The notes under the pieces were generated by a model, which ran no database searches, was not told the DNA's origin, and was given only the letters and a program-made list of their open reading frames with translations. From the IMG/VR virus record IMGVR_UViG_3300028829_004911: a stretch of DNA of 64,000 nucleotides; one strand, 5' to 3'. Below are positions 7,999 through 17,311 of this stretch, piece by piece. The stretch is from a virus. The first letter of the stretch is position 1; each line of letters begins with the position of its first letter. The position numbers and the translations under genes were made by a program.

Positions 7999-8143
7999 AA
8001 TATCGCCTTTATTTTTTGCTTTTACCAGCGGAGCAACATTCGCGATGGCCTGCGCTTCTGCGCCTGCAAGTTTATTTACGGTCTCTGCCGCAGCAGCAGC
8101 TTTGGCGTATTTAGGTACACACCCAAAGGAATCTGCGGGATGA
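7991..8143 (+). CDS. Hypothetical 50-aa membrane protein
   Basis: Not in track. Fills the gap between two plus-strand genes, ATGA-coupled to the 8140 gene. Preferred over minus ORF 7987..8199. Confidence 0.5.
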   Translation: MDRISPLFFAFTSGATFAMACASAPASLFTVSAAAAALAYLGTHPKESAG

Positions 8144-8457
8144 AACAGCCAGAGACCCCCGAAGAGATCGCAGCATACGAGACTTGGACCCGAGCACAAG
8201 TCGCCTCGTCAGAAGAAAAGGCGGCGTACGTATCCAGAATGATGGCAGACATCAAGGCGATTGAGAGTGGCGAAGTGCCTGATGGTTTCGCGGGCCTGAT
8301 CCGAAGCTCTAAAAAAGATGCCCTGAAAGAGGCGGGCGACGTTATCGAGTGCTACCACAAGAACACGGGCATTGATTTAGGCGCGGCGTCAATGATGCCG
8401 TTCTACGACGACACGATGTCCAAAATAGACAACTTGCTAAAGGAAACTGACAAATGA
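8140..8457 (+). CDS. Hypothetical protein
   Basis: Track ORF. Confidence 0.75.
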   Translation: MKQPETPEEIAAYETWTRAQVASSEEKAAYVSRMMADIKAIESGEVPDGFAGLIRSSKKDALKEAGDVIECYHKNTGIDLGAASMMPFYDDTMSKIDNLLKETDK

Positions 8458-8627
8458 TCAAATGGGAGAATAAATTTGCCCGTATTATCAGATCTGAGGT
8501 CGACGCGTATTTATCTGCCATGGGGGCTTTTGGGTGGGAGCTTGTTGCTGCGTCATGTGATGACCACAGGCAGCACGAACTTTATTTCAAGCGTCCCGAA
8601 CCAAAGGAAGGTGAAGCGAATGTCTAA
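8454..8627 (+). CDS. Hypothetical 57-aa protein
   Basis: ATGA-coupled ATG at 8454. The product (MIKWENKFARII..GWELVAAS..) looks more protein-like than the first half of track ORF 8476. Confidence 0.5.
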   Translation: MIKWENKFARIIRSEVDAYLSAMGAFGWELVAASCDDHRQHELYFKRPEPKEGEANV

Positions 8628-8787
8628 CTGGTCTTATAAAAAAGGTGCGGGGAAATGGTGTCCTGAGAACGACGGATCATATCAAGCGGAAATGGCAGCG
8701 ATACACCGTGAAACCGAAGCCCCCGAGGAAACAATGACACGGCTTACTGAAATGGAACTACAAGACGAATTGAACCCGGACATATAA
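8620..8787 (+). CDS. Hypothetical 55-aa protein
   Basis: ATG at 8620 behind GGAAGGTGA. C-terminal part of track ORF 8476..8787. Confidence 0.5.
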   Translation: MSNWSYKKGAGKWCPENDGSYQAEMAAIHRETEAPEETMTRLTEMELQDELNPDI

Positions 8788-8810
8788 ACTGGTATCAGTT
8801 TATGCGTCTA

Positions 8811-9173
8811 TTAATCCTCCCAATAGGAAAGATTAACCATCTCACATCGGGCAAGCGCACGCACATCGCGCCCTCTAAAATTTGTGACGACAACTTTGGT
8901 TTCATTGATAATACTTTGATCAAAAATACCATCCATTTTTTGGCAAGCCTCAAGAGCTATCGCAAAGTAAGGCGTATGATTACTGCCATAGATTCCCAGC
9001 CAAACGGTGCGTTCTCCTAAGAATTTTGCACCGGATAGTTCTTCGATTGGGTTTACATCTGAAATGTAGGTAATGAAACCGTCCTGTAACTCCCGCATTT
9101 CTTCTGGTGTTTGAGCCTCGGCGACGGTGGAAAGCGCGAGCAACGCCGGAGCAATTAATTTATTAATATGCAT
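8811..9173 (-). CDS. Secreted protein (signal peptide), paralog of 11569..11916
   Basis: Only minus-strand gene in the first 62 kb. N-terminal signal ..ALSTVAEA-Q. Shares FL..VWL..G...L..CQ.M...C..V.LS.W with the 11569 product. Confidence 0.8.
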   Translation of the reverse strand: MHINKLIAPALLALSTVAEAQTPEEMRELQDGFITYISDVNPIEELSGAKFLGERTVWLGIYGSNHTPYFAIALEACQKMDGIFDQSIINETKVVVTNFRGRDVRALARCEMVNLSYWED

Positions 9174-9401
9174 ATTTTGGTCCTCCTCTACGGATTAAAT
9201 TATGGCATTTGGCAGCGAAAAACGAATCACCCACCATTACGCTTTCTACTATGCTACATACTTTTATAACGACACGCAAGCGCTTTAATTCAAGAATCCT
9301 CGTCCCAAGAAGTACCTAAAGTAAATACATCTTGAGTTTTTAAAAAGAATCGGTTAGAAAGTTTTAAATACATATATGACCAACAACTGGAGGAACACCT
9401 G

Positions 9402-9824
9402 ATGACTGAATTATTTATTGTATCCTACGTAACTGGAATGGTACCAGAATTGACCGAACACACTGTACCTGTTCGGGCTGACAGTCTATTACAACTACAA
9501 CTATTACTTGACGCGGCAATAAAGCATAAAGAAGCGCAGAGAGACCACCTTATGGAATTATTTGCGCGAGAGCCGAAGCTACCTTATGGAGAAACACTTA
9601 CAGATTGGCCCGCCAATCCTATAATTAAAGAGCAGGTACATTTACAAGAATCTTTGTTGGGGAGTTACAAAGTTAGTGGCCGTTTCTTCGCCTGTTTGGA
9701 TGACTTAAACGGTGTAGAAGATATGGAAATTCTACCGATTGAAAAATGGGAAGACCAATTCAACAATGCCGATGCACAAGATGACGCCCGTCGTCACATC
9801 GCCAACGGGGGCCAAGTAAACTAG
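9402..9824 (+). CDS. Hypothetical protein
   Basis: Track ORF, RBS GGAGGA. Confidence 0.8.
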   Translation: MTELFIVSYVTGMVPELTEHTVPVRADSLLQLQLLLDAAIKHKEAQRDHLMELFAREPKLPYGETLTDWPANPIIKEQVHLQESLLGSYKVSGRFFACLDDLNGVEDMEILPIEKWEDQFNNADAQDDARRHIANGGQVN

Positions 9825-9861
9825 TGGTCAGATTTATGCATAAAAATAAGGAGATATTAGA

Positions 9862-10143
9862 GTGATCATCGGACTAGATTACGACGACACCTGGACCCGT
9901 GACCCCGAAGGATGGTTCACGGCTCTTTTAGTGTTGAAGCGGAGAAACACACTAATTTATGGCGTAACCATGCGCCACCCCCACGAAGCTGGCGGAATGG
10001 ATCATCGCTACGATACTTTGTGTGAAAAAGTATTCTTCACAGGGCGTAAGGCAAAGAAAAAATTTGTCAACGACCGAGGGTTGATCGTGGATGTTTGGAT
10101 TGATGACAACCCCATTTGGGTGGAAGTTGATGCTATAAGATAG
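9862..10143 (+). CDS. Small HAD-like hydrolase candidate
   Basis: GTG start behind AAGGAGA. IGLDYDDT (DxDxT-like) and VWIDDNP motifs. Confidence 0.55.
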   Translation: MIIGLDYDDTWTRDPEGWFTALLVLKRRNTLIYGVTMRHPHEAGGMDHRYDTLCEKVFFTGRKAKKKFVNDRGLIVDVWIDDNPIWVEVDAIR

Positions 10144-10146
10144 TAC

Positions 10147-10175
10147 TTGACACTAACTACTTTGATACGTATCTT
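10147..10175 (+). promoter_or_regulatory. Candidate sigma70-like promoter
   Basis: TTGACA, 17 nt, TATCTT. A GACGAATCA box follows at 10184-10192. Confidence 0.5.
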
Positions 10176-10205
10176 GTAATTAAGACGAATCAATAGGAGG
10201 ATCAT

Positions 10206-10661
10206 ATGCAGCCATTTTTAAGTAACCCACGGGTCGCGCGTGCATTTTACTACATGGTTAATGCCCATAGGGAGCAAATGTACGGCGATTTGCCTTATTT
10301 CACACACCCATTGCATGTAGCCGAAAATCTCCCCAATCCCACTGAGGATGAACTGGTAGCAGCTCTTTTACACGATGTTCCAGAAGACACCGTGTTTACG
10401 TTGTCAGACATTGCACATGAGTTTGGGGACAACGTACACCACATTGTTTCGTTGGTAACAAAAGACCCCACCCTGAATTATCAGGGAAACATTCTACGAG
10501 TAATAAACAGCAAGAACCGCGCAGCAATGAAGGTAAAGTGGGCCGATAATATGGCCAACATGGCATCGGACAAGTCGCATATGAGCGCAGAACGACGCGC
10601 CCGACTCAATAAAAAATACGCAGGTAGTTTTCCACTCCTGTCAGCAGCGTTAGGATTATAA
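10206..10661 (+). CDS. RelA/SpoT-type HD-domain hydrolase (small alarmone hydrolase-like)
   Basis: HP..VA ... LLHDVPEDT ... FG..V..IV..VTKD, as in SpoT/Mesh1 HD domains. Confidence 0.75.
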   Translation: MQPFLSNPRVARAFYYMVNAHREQMYGDLPYFTHPLHVAENLPNPTEDELVAALLHDVPEDTVFTLSDIAHEFGDNVHHIVSLVTKDPTLNYQGNILRVINSKNRAAMKVKWADNMANMASDKSHMSAERRARLNKKYAGSFPLLSAALGL

Positions 10662-10662
10662 A

Positions 10663-10914
10663 ATGATAACACAGATAGATATCGATGGATTTGTGGGTGA
10701 TGATGAGGAGATTCTTAGCGAATTTTACGTATCAGACCAGAATGCATTCGATCATATGGAGTACACGCTAAGCATGGAGGGACCTTTCGCAGAATTGTTT
10801 GAAGAAGAGTTGTTTGATTTCTTCCAATTTGCATACCATTTTTGGGGGGAGTATATCGGCATGGACGGCGTCGATTGGGTGTCCATGTTCTATGTGTGGA
10901 TGGGTGACGAATAA
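10663..10914 (+). CDS. Hypothetical acidic protein
   Basis: Track ORF. Confidence 0.7.
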   Translation: MITQIDIDGFVGDDEEILSEFYVSDQNAFDHMEYTLSMEGPFAELFEEELFDFFQFAYHFWGEYIGMDGVDWVSMFYVWMGDE

Positions 10915-10919
10915 AGCGC

Positions 10920-10948
10920 TTGACGCTTTATGGCGAATCACTTATACC
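10920..10948 (+). promoter_or_regulatory. Sigma70-like promoter, TTGACG-N8-GCGAATCAC variant
   Basis: TTGACG, 17 nt, TATACC. Near-identical layout at 41525. Confidence 0.55.
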
Positions 10949-10980
10949 GATTGTAGAAACAAAGTAAGGAGGACCTCTAA

Positions 10981-11532
10981 ATGCCCTGCAGAAGCGACCA
11001 CATGGAACCAACCGTACGCGAACGACAACAGCTCGAAGCTGCGCAACACCTGGCGTATGTGTATGACAAACTTGACGTTGTAGTTCCGCCCGAAGTAATG
11101 GAAGCTGCAAACAATATTTATGACAACAAAACCGATAAGCACATGAAGACACTGTGCGCATTATTGAAGGAAGCGAGCGAAGATCAGCGCGACGCCCTTA
11201 TCTATAACGCACGAGACCCGCAGGCGCGAAAGCTCGACGATTGGTGGGAAGAACACCAGCGCGAGGATGAAATTTCTCGCAAGGCGGAGGCAGAGAAAAA
11301 CTACCGTCGTGTCAAAGATTTTCTAGGACAAGAAGTTGTTGTAGGAGACCACATTTTCTACAGCACAACAGGACGCAACGCAGAATCTCGCTTGTGCATT
11401 GTTACACGTTTTACGCCTAAGACGATGTTTGCCAAGGTTTTGCGCGGCAACCGGGGGGGATTCACGTTTACCGAGGACGTCGCCGTGAAGAACGATTTTG
11501 TGAAGGTACCCACCCCACGGGAAAATAAATGA
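10981..11532 (+). CDS. Hypothetical protein
   Basis: Track ORF, RBS AAGGAGGA. Confidence 0.8.
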   Translation: MPCRSDHMEPTVRERQQLEAAQHLAYVYDKLDVVVPPEVMEAANNIYDNKTDKHMKTLCALLKEASEDQRDALIYNARDPQARKLDDWWEEHQREDEISRKAEAEKNYRRVKDFLGQEVVVGDHIFYSTTGRNAESRLCIVTRFTPKTMFAKVLRGNRGGFTFTEDVAVKNDFVKVPTPRENK

Positions 11533-11568
11533 AAACTTATACACACATACAACCAGAAAGGAACTATT

Positions 11569-11916
11569 ATGAAAAACATTATCACAGCAGCACTAATTGT
11601 AACCGCGACAGCAACAGCAGCCGACACGGACGAACATCGGGATCGGTTTGAAAATACTACTGTAAGTAAATATACCCAAGCTGGTGTAACTGCCTCCGCT
11701 TTTCTCAACGACAACGTACTTAGAGTGTGGCTAACAGGCGGAGAGGGTGAATACGATCTTCTAGCACTCCATGTCTGTCAAGACATGAACCGCATGTTTC
11801 CTGCTGAAATGGTCAGGGAAGTTACTGTTAAAATCATAGATACTTCGGGTGAAACAGGAATCATCGGTGAAGCACAGTGTGCCTCGGTACGCCTATCAAA
11901 CTGGAATGGGCAGTAA
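11569..11916 (+). CDS. Secreted protein (signal peptide), paralog of 8811..9173
   Basis: Signal-like N-terminus, conserved Cys pair and C-terminal LSNW. Confidence 0.8.
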   Translation: MKNIITAALIVTATATAADTDEHRDRFENTTVSKYTQAGVTASAFLNDNVLRVWLTGGEGEYDLLALHVCQDMNRMFPAEMVREVTVKIIDTSGETGIIGEAQCASVRLSNWNGQ

Positions 11917-11967
11917 CATTCAACTGTGATATTCGTAAATAACTTTGGTAAACGACCAATTTATGGG

Positions 11968-11996
11968 TTGCGAATCATCCATAGTGACGCTATTTA
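11968..11996 (+). promoter_or_regulatory. Sigma70-like promoter, TTGCGAATCA variant
   Basis: TTGCGA, 17 nt, TATTTA, upstream of rIIA. Confidence 0.55.
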
Positions 11997-12029
11997 TAGT
12001 CTATCGTAAAATTCTAGGAGGTATCTATC

Positions 12030-14309
12030 ATGATCACATCAGGACAAAACAAAGCAGCTAAGGTAAAAGTAAACGCTGGAGAACGGTCTGAAATGCAGAT
12101 CGCCGACGTCGCGAAAGTTTTTGATATGCTTTCTACCGGATTATATTCAAACGTCCCGCAATCCATCGCTCGCGAAATCGCCGCAAACGCTCGAGACGCC
12201 CACGCTGATAAGGGAAATCTTGATCAGCCGTGGGACATCACATTCCCGACCTCGTTTAATCCTGTGTTTCGAATTCGGGACTACGGTGTGGGCCTTACAC
12301 ACAAACAAGTTATGGGTTTATATACCAATTTAGGTGAGAGTACTAAAGAGACGTCGAACACAGGCGTAGGTAAATTCGGTATCGGATCGAAGGCTCCTTT
12401 CGCTTATATTGATAGCTTCTCTGTAATTGCGATCATGGATGGATTGAAAACGTTTTACTCTGTAGTAAAAGAGCCTGTTTATAAAGTAATGGACGAAGAA
12501 TCCTCCAACGATGAACTCGTTACATTCGTTCGGTGCGACTCCGCCGGACTTTCCGAAGACGGACGCCAGTTCAACGCCGATGACGTGGTTCCTGCTGGAA
12601 TGATCCCCGCCGTACACGTTATGGGACAGGAAGACACCACCGAAGATACCGGAGTCGAGGTGACATTCCCCATTGAAAGCGGGGACATTGAAAAATTCCG
12701 CACAGCGATTCAGCGTGTCATGTTTGGACATGAAGTGAAGCCCAATGTGGTCGATGCCACGGGCGTACCCGACGCACACTTTGAAGGCTGGAAAGAACTA
12801 CCGACCATTTCGGAAGGCAGAGGGTGGAAACTTCTTGGAGAAAATCTAGAAGGATATCGTGGAAAGGCGTACGCCAAAATGGGGTGCGTGCTGTACCCAA
12901 TCGATGTGGAATCCATCGATGGGCTAGACTATGGACAGCAACACCTACTCAACCATAGCATGATCATTGAATTTCCTTTAGGATCACTGGACATAACACC
13001 GTCCCGTGAAAGCCTTAAGTATGGTCGCCTGTCGCCAACCTCCCCAGCTATCGTAAAGCGTTTAAAGGGCATCATAGAAGACATGGTCAAAGAAACACTG
13101 GCAGTCTATGATAACTGCGACACATACTGGGAAGCGTGTCAAGCGTACCGCGACCACTTACGTAAGAACCTGCCACACGTTGTTCGTGATGCAGTGCGAG
13201 ATAAAGCACGTTGGAATGGCGCAGAGCTTGAGGACATCATTAGTTGGAATCGACCTGAGGGCGTGGGTACACGACTTACAGGTACCGTACTTTGTGGGTC
13301 AAAGCTGTCTAACAGGGTACTACGCCATACAAGCGAAGCAAACTTACACATCACACCTACACCGAAAACCATTTTCGCCTTTGAAGACCTCTCGGCACAG
13401 GGAAAAACCACCAAGCGCGTGGCGGCGCGTATCAGACACTTCGCTGATGCGAATAAATCTGATATTGACACTATAGTGTGGTTTAAATACCGTGGAGGAA
13501 AGGAAGCCAGTGAAGAAGTTTCACGCATCCTTGATTGGGCTGATGGTGCCACTATTCTTGATGTTGCGGATCTTCCAGAACCGCCTAAGAACAGTATAAC
13601 GGGACCACGCCGCCCAGTACAAGTGCGTCGTTTGCGCTACAGTTCTTTTGATGGACGCGTAGACCTGACACCAGAAGACTTTGAAGCAGGCGGATACTAT
13701 ATCCCACTTGAGCGCGGGGTTCCACGCGTTCCAAACGGCTACGCATCCCCTAGTGATATGTTTTCAGTATTGAAATCTTGTGGAGAAATTCCCGTCGGGG
13801 CGGACGTATATGGCGCACCAAAATCTTTGTGGAAGCACTTCGAAGGGACACAGTGGATCAGTTTGTATGAATTGGCTGACGCCACTTTTGCCAAACAATT
13901 TGACGAGGAAGCTGTGAAGCGTTCCAGAGCTATCAGCCTAGTAGTGAAGAATAGTTTCTTCCGCTTCTTAACTGAAAAACTAGACACGAAAAAATTTGGG
14001 GCAAAGAGCACCATCAAAAAAGCGCTGGAATTCCAGCACACCGTGGAAAGCATGCCAAAACCTGCTGTGGATATAATGATACAGTTAGCCCGCGCCGTAA
14101 ACAGAGACGCGGACACGCATCCTGTAAATCACGAATTAGTACTAAAGTCCGCTGATTTTGAAGATGCCACCGATGCTGAGTATCCTTTGCTGCGCGCAAT
14201 CAGCACCCACTGTCGCTATGCCGATGAGGTGCTTGACAAGCTCACAGAATATGTGCATACCTGTGACATCGCGAACGCAGCAACGAATCAAGCCGCTAAC
14301 GCGGCTTAG
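12030..14309 (+). CDS. rIIA: rIIA-like protein with N-terminal GHKL ATPase fold
   Basis: N-box E..ANA.DA and G-box IRDYGVGL...GKFGIGSK. Sits directly before a clear rIIB. Confidence 0.8.
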   Translation: MITSGQNKAAKVKVNAGERSEMQIADVAKVFDMLSTGLYSNVPQSIAREIAANARDAHADKGNLDQPWDITFPTSFNPVFRIRDYGVGLTHKQVMGLYTNLGESTKETSNTGVGKFGIGSKAPFAYIDSFSVIAIMDGLKTFYSVVKEPVYKVMDEESSNDELVTFVRCDSAGLSEDGRQFNADDVVPAGMIPAVHVMGQEDTTEDTGVEVTFPIESGDIEKFRTAIQRVMFGHEVKPNVVDATGVPDAHFEGWKELPTISEGRGWKLLGENLEGYRGKAYAKMGCVLYPIDVESIDGLDYGQQHLLNHSMIIEFPLGSLDITPSRESLKYGRLSPTSPAIVKRLKGIIEDMVKETLAVYDNCDTYWEACQAYRDHLRKNLPHVVRDAVRDKARWNGAELEDIISWNRPEGVGTRLTGTVLCGSKLSNRVLRHTSEANLHITPTPKTIFAFEDLSAQGKTTKRVAARIRHFADANKSDIDTIVWFKYRGGKEASEEVSRILDWADGATILDVADLPEPPKNSITGPRRPVQVRRLRYSSFDGRVDLTPEDFEAGGYYIPLERGVPRVPNGYASPSDMFSVLKSCGEIPVGADVYGAPKSLWKHFEGTQWISLYELADATFAKQFDEEAVKRSRAISLVVKNSFFRFLTEKLDTKKFGAKSTIKKALEFQHTVESMPKPAVDIMIQLARAVNRDADTHPVNHELVLKSADFEDATDAEYPLLRAISTHCRYADEVLDKLTEYVHTCDIANAATNQAANAA

Positions 14310-14335
14310 TATAAACCAGAAACAAGGAGGCCATT

Positions 14336-15841
14336 ATGCCTAGATTTACTTTCACAGCATCACCGCACTCGATCACAGTATTCGTGAACGGGCGACAGCA
14401 CATTATTGGCGCAGACCACAGTGGATTCCGTGCGCTGTCTGAACACCTGAAACTCCCTGAGCACGACGCGCAGTTCATCGAGGACTGTGTGGACAAGGCT
14501 AAGTTCATCAATCGTATGACCGCAGGAAATATCACAGTTCAGGGGTCTACAGTGTATTACATGGGTAATCCTGTACATTCTACGCTAACATCAAAACTGG
14601 TTGAATTGTTGGATCTGGGATACGATGCAGAACCGTGGGCACTGTTTATGGATAACCTTATGCAGAACCCGTCTGAGAATTCAAAATCACAGCTTTTTGA
14701 TTTCCTATCTTCCTTCAACGCACCGTTCACAGAAGACGGATGTTTTCTAGTGTTCAAACGAGTGAGCCAAGACTACAAAGACGTATACACCGGAAAATTT
14801 GATAACAGCATCGGTCAGGTTGTAAAGATGGACCGAAATGAAGTTGTTGATGATCCTAACCAAACATGCTCCGCAGGTCTTCACGTATGCTCGATTGGGT
14901 ATCTGTCCAGCGGCTATGGCTCAACAGGACGTACAGTTGCCTGTAAAGTCAACCCACGTGATGTTGTATCGGTTCCGGTAGATTATAAGTTTGCGAAGAT
15001 TCGATGCTGCCAATACGAGGTCATTGGCGATGTTGATGAAACAGGATCGTACACTGAGGATACAGTTGCAGACGCCACATACGTTGATACCCAAAATCCG
15101 ACACAAGATATGCCTGCAGTTGTAAATGGATCTGGTATTGAATACGAGGTGTCTGGTTACGATATTTACATGGACGAATCTGTATCAGAAGGTGATCATG
15201 CGTATCACCCTGAAAGCGGGCGTGTAGGCTTAGTAGTAAGTGAGTACGTAGCACAGTATAACGATAGAGAACATCCGGAAAACGCGGACTGGCTCAACGG
15301 GTACGCTTCCGGAAATGAAATTTACCCAGTAACCATGTTAGAGGTAGATTTTGGGGATAATGTGGAAACATTCACCCTGTACGAGCATGACGACGATCTG
15401 GTTTTGGCAGAACTCGCGTATGTAACAGACGAAGAAGCCGAAGGGGTTGTTACAGATATGGAAAATGGTGGCGATCTTCATGAGGGAGAATTGATATCAG
15501 TGACACCCATGGGAATCGTATGCTACGTTGACGAAGATCCTGCAGAAATTGAGAAAACTGCACTAGAATGTCGTCTGTTGGGAGCTACACGTGACGATAT
15601 GTGGCCTGCGGGTTACGATGTTGCGGCGCGTGTACCTGCCAACGCTTACTTGCGCCAAGAAAACACAACAGGTATTCCAGAACCAGTGCAACTTGCATCA
15701 CGATCTGGAGTTACAATGGCATTTACGCCATCAGACTTTGTTGCTAAAGTACAAGAATTAGGGCAGCGTGGTTTTGATCGTCAATACGACGTACCGCGCA
15801 CAACAGTTCAAGATGCCTTACGCCGTCTCGGCGACGATTGA
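14336..15841 (+). CDS. rIIB: rIIB-like protein with a ~250-aa acidic C-terminal extension
   Basis: NPSENSKSQLFDFL..FTEDG..FDNSIGQVVKM..DDPNQTCSAGLHVCS..VNPRDVVSVPVDY..KIRCCQYEV matches remembered T4 rIIB. Confidence 0.85.
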   Translation: MPRFTFTASPHSITVFVNGRQHIIGADHSGFRALSEHLKLPEHDAQFIEDCVDKAKFINRMTAGNITVQGSTVYYMGNPVHSTLTSKLVELLDLGYDAEPWALFMDNLMQNPSENSKSQLFDFLSSFNAPFTEDGCFLVFKRVSQDYKDVYTGKFDNSIGQVVKMDRNEVVDDPNQTCSAGLHVCSIGYLSSGYGSTGRTVACKVNPRDVVSVPVDYKFAKIRCCQYEVIGDVDETGSYTEDTVADATYVDTQNPTQDMPAVVNGSGIEYEVSGYDIYMDESVSEGDHAYHPESGRVGLVVSEYVAQYNDREHPENADWLNGYASGNEIYPVTMLEVDFGDNVETFTLYEHDDDLVLAELAYVTDEEAEGVVTDMENGGDLHEGELISVTPMGIVCYVDEDPAEIEKTALECRLLGATRDDMWPAGYDVAARVPANAYLRQENTTGIPEPVQLASRSGVTMAFTPSDFVAKVQELGQRGFDRQYDVPRTTVQDALRRLGDD

Positions 15842-15848
15842 TAACATA

Positions 15849-15885
15849 GGTGGGCTACTGACGTGGCCCACCATTTCATTCTATT
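15849..15885 (+). terminator. Rho-independent terminator candidate
   Basis: GGTGGGC-N10-GCCCACC followed by ATTTCATTCTATT. Confidence 0.6.
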
Positions 15886-16142
15886 GTACACACCTCGAAA
15901 ATTCCGAGAGGGCCGAGACTGTAGCCACCAACGTTATAAAGTCTCCGCCTGCTGAAAACGGTACTCAAGGAAGAAAGCTAATGAAAAGCGCGTCGGAGGC
16001 AGAATTCCCCACACTGACGCTGAAATAGGCGTTAAGAGGATATAATGGGTTAGGTGTGTACTATTGAGTGAAATATTTTGTTTAATTTATGAGTCGTAAT
16101 GGGTAGTAGAACTGTTAATGGCACATTTAGAAAGGTCTTTTC

Positions 16143-16370
16143 ATGGGAAATCTCCCAATCAGCGGCACGCCACGCTACATTTTTTCCCGTTCTGACGGGA
16201 AGATTCAAATCTTTTCGGTCGTGGATAACGTGCAGATGCTCGCAGACTGTGGCAAGGGCAGTAGTGTACAGAATTTTGTTGCAGAATGTGTCGATGAAGA
16301 CGATGCACACACTTTACTTGATCGAATAAACGTACCGCGAAAATATCAACCAAACGTAAAGAAGGGGTAA
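16143..16370 (+). CDS. Hypothetical protein
   Basis: Track ORF, RBS AGAAAGG. Confidence 0.6.
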   Translation: MGNLPISGTPRYIFSRSDGKIQIFSVVDNVQMLADCGKGSSVQNFVAECVDEDDAHTLLDRINVPRKYQPNVKKG

Positions 16371-16374
16371 ATAT

Positions 16375-16797
16375 ATGGGATATTATACACAATACGATGT
16401 ATCCACTGAGGGGGCCGATAAACGCAAAGCCCTCGCGGCGCTGGCATCCACGGTGGAATACGTTGGACAATTCACGGGCGATAACTCTTGGAGTACTGGT
16501 AATCCTGTCAAGTGGTATTCGTGGAAAAGAGACTTAGTATCAGTATCAACAGAATATTCAAATACGTTATTTATCGTGGAAGGTGCAGGCGAAGATAGCG
16601 GCGATATTTGGAAAGCTTGGGGATACAAAGGTGATATTGAAATAGTAACCGCTGTGATCGAGTTTCCGGAGCCTGTGTGGGTTAGCGGCGCTGTCCGAGC
16701 CAGCATAGAACGCGCAGAGGAAGAAAATGCACGTAGAATAGAGATGGAAGAACGTGCCCAACTAGAAATTTTGAAGGCAAAATACGAGAACACATGA
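16375..16797 (+). CDS. Hypothetical protein
   Basis: Track ORF. The antisense ORF 16383..16820 is a shadow. Confidence 0.75.
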   Translation: MGYYTQYDVSTEGADKRKALAALASTVEYVGQFTGDNSWSTGNPVKWYSWKRDLVSVSTEYSNTLFIVEGAGEDSGDIWKAWGYKGDIEIVTAVIEFPEPVWVSGAVRASIERAEEENARRIEMEERAQLEILKAKYENT

Positions 16798-17132
16798 CAC
16801 AGGGTGTATTTGAATTTCATAACGGCGGAAAGTACGCCGTTATGTCAATTCCAAACTACCCAGTCCGTGTTGCAGTTTCTGTCGGACGTTCCGAGGTGTA
16901 CAATAACGACATGTACGGAAATGAAATGGCAGTATTTGATGAAATGTCTCCGTGCGTAAAAGATGTATTGAGGAATAACAAAAACCGCGTTAATATGAGC
17001 GAACTTCTCGCGGATTCGTCTGTACGAATGTTCTACGAGAAGGGCACACCCGAAGACTTCGCCGCGTGGCTTGATAAGCAATTCAAATGGGCGGCGAGAG
17101 AAATACGACAACATTCACGGAGGCAGGGATAA
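16794..17132 (+). CDS. Hypothetical protein
   Basis: Track ORF, ATGA-coupled. Confidence 0.75.
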   Translation: MTQGVFEFHNGGKYAVMSIPNYPVRVAVSVGRSEVYNNDMYGNEMAVFDEMSPCVKDVLRNNKNRVNMSELLADSSVRMFYEKGTPEDFAAWLDKQFKWAAREIRQHSRRQG

Positions 17133-17209
17133 TGGGACCGACTAGAGATGAAGGCAGTAATGCCACACATAAAAACTGGGTTCATTACGTATAGAAGGAG
17201 ATAGAGAAA

Positions 17210-17311
17210 ATGACTGTAAACCATTTATGTTATGATGTAGAGACGACCGGAGCGTGCTCAGGAGAGTATGCCGAAGCACTGTCCCACATAATGACTTTAC
17301 AAAGCCAATGA
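17210..17311 (+). CDS. Hypothetical 33-aa peptide
   Basis: ATG behind AGAAGGAGA, ATGA-coupled to the next ORF. Confidence 0.35.
   Translation: MTVNHLCYDVETTGACSGEYAEALSHIMTLQSQ

Noticed and set aside
7987-8199. Minus-strand ORF of 70 aa
   Set aside because: It is the antisense shadow of a plus-strand 50-aa membrane ORF (7991..8143) that is start/stop-coupled to both neighbours.
8476-8787. Track ORF 8476..8787 as a single 103-aa gene
   Set aside because: It has a TTG start with no RBS and an implausible N-terminal half. It is better explained as two coupled small genes (8454..8627 and 8620..8787).
17210-17311. DEDD exonuclease remnant suggested by LCYDVETTG
   Set aside because: Only the Exo I-like pentapeptide is present. 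The ORF is 33 codons, and the following frame shows no Exo II/III motifs.
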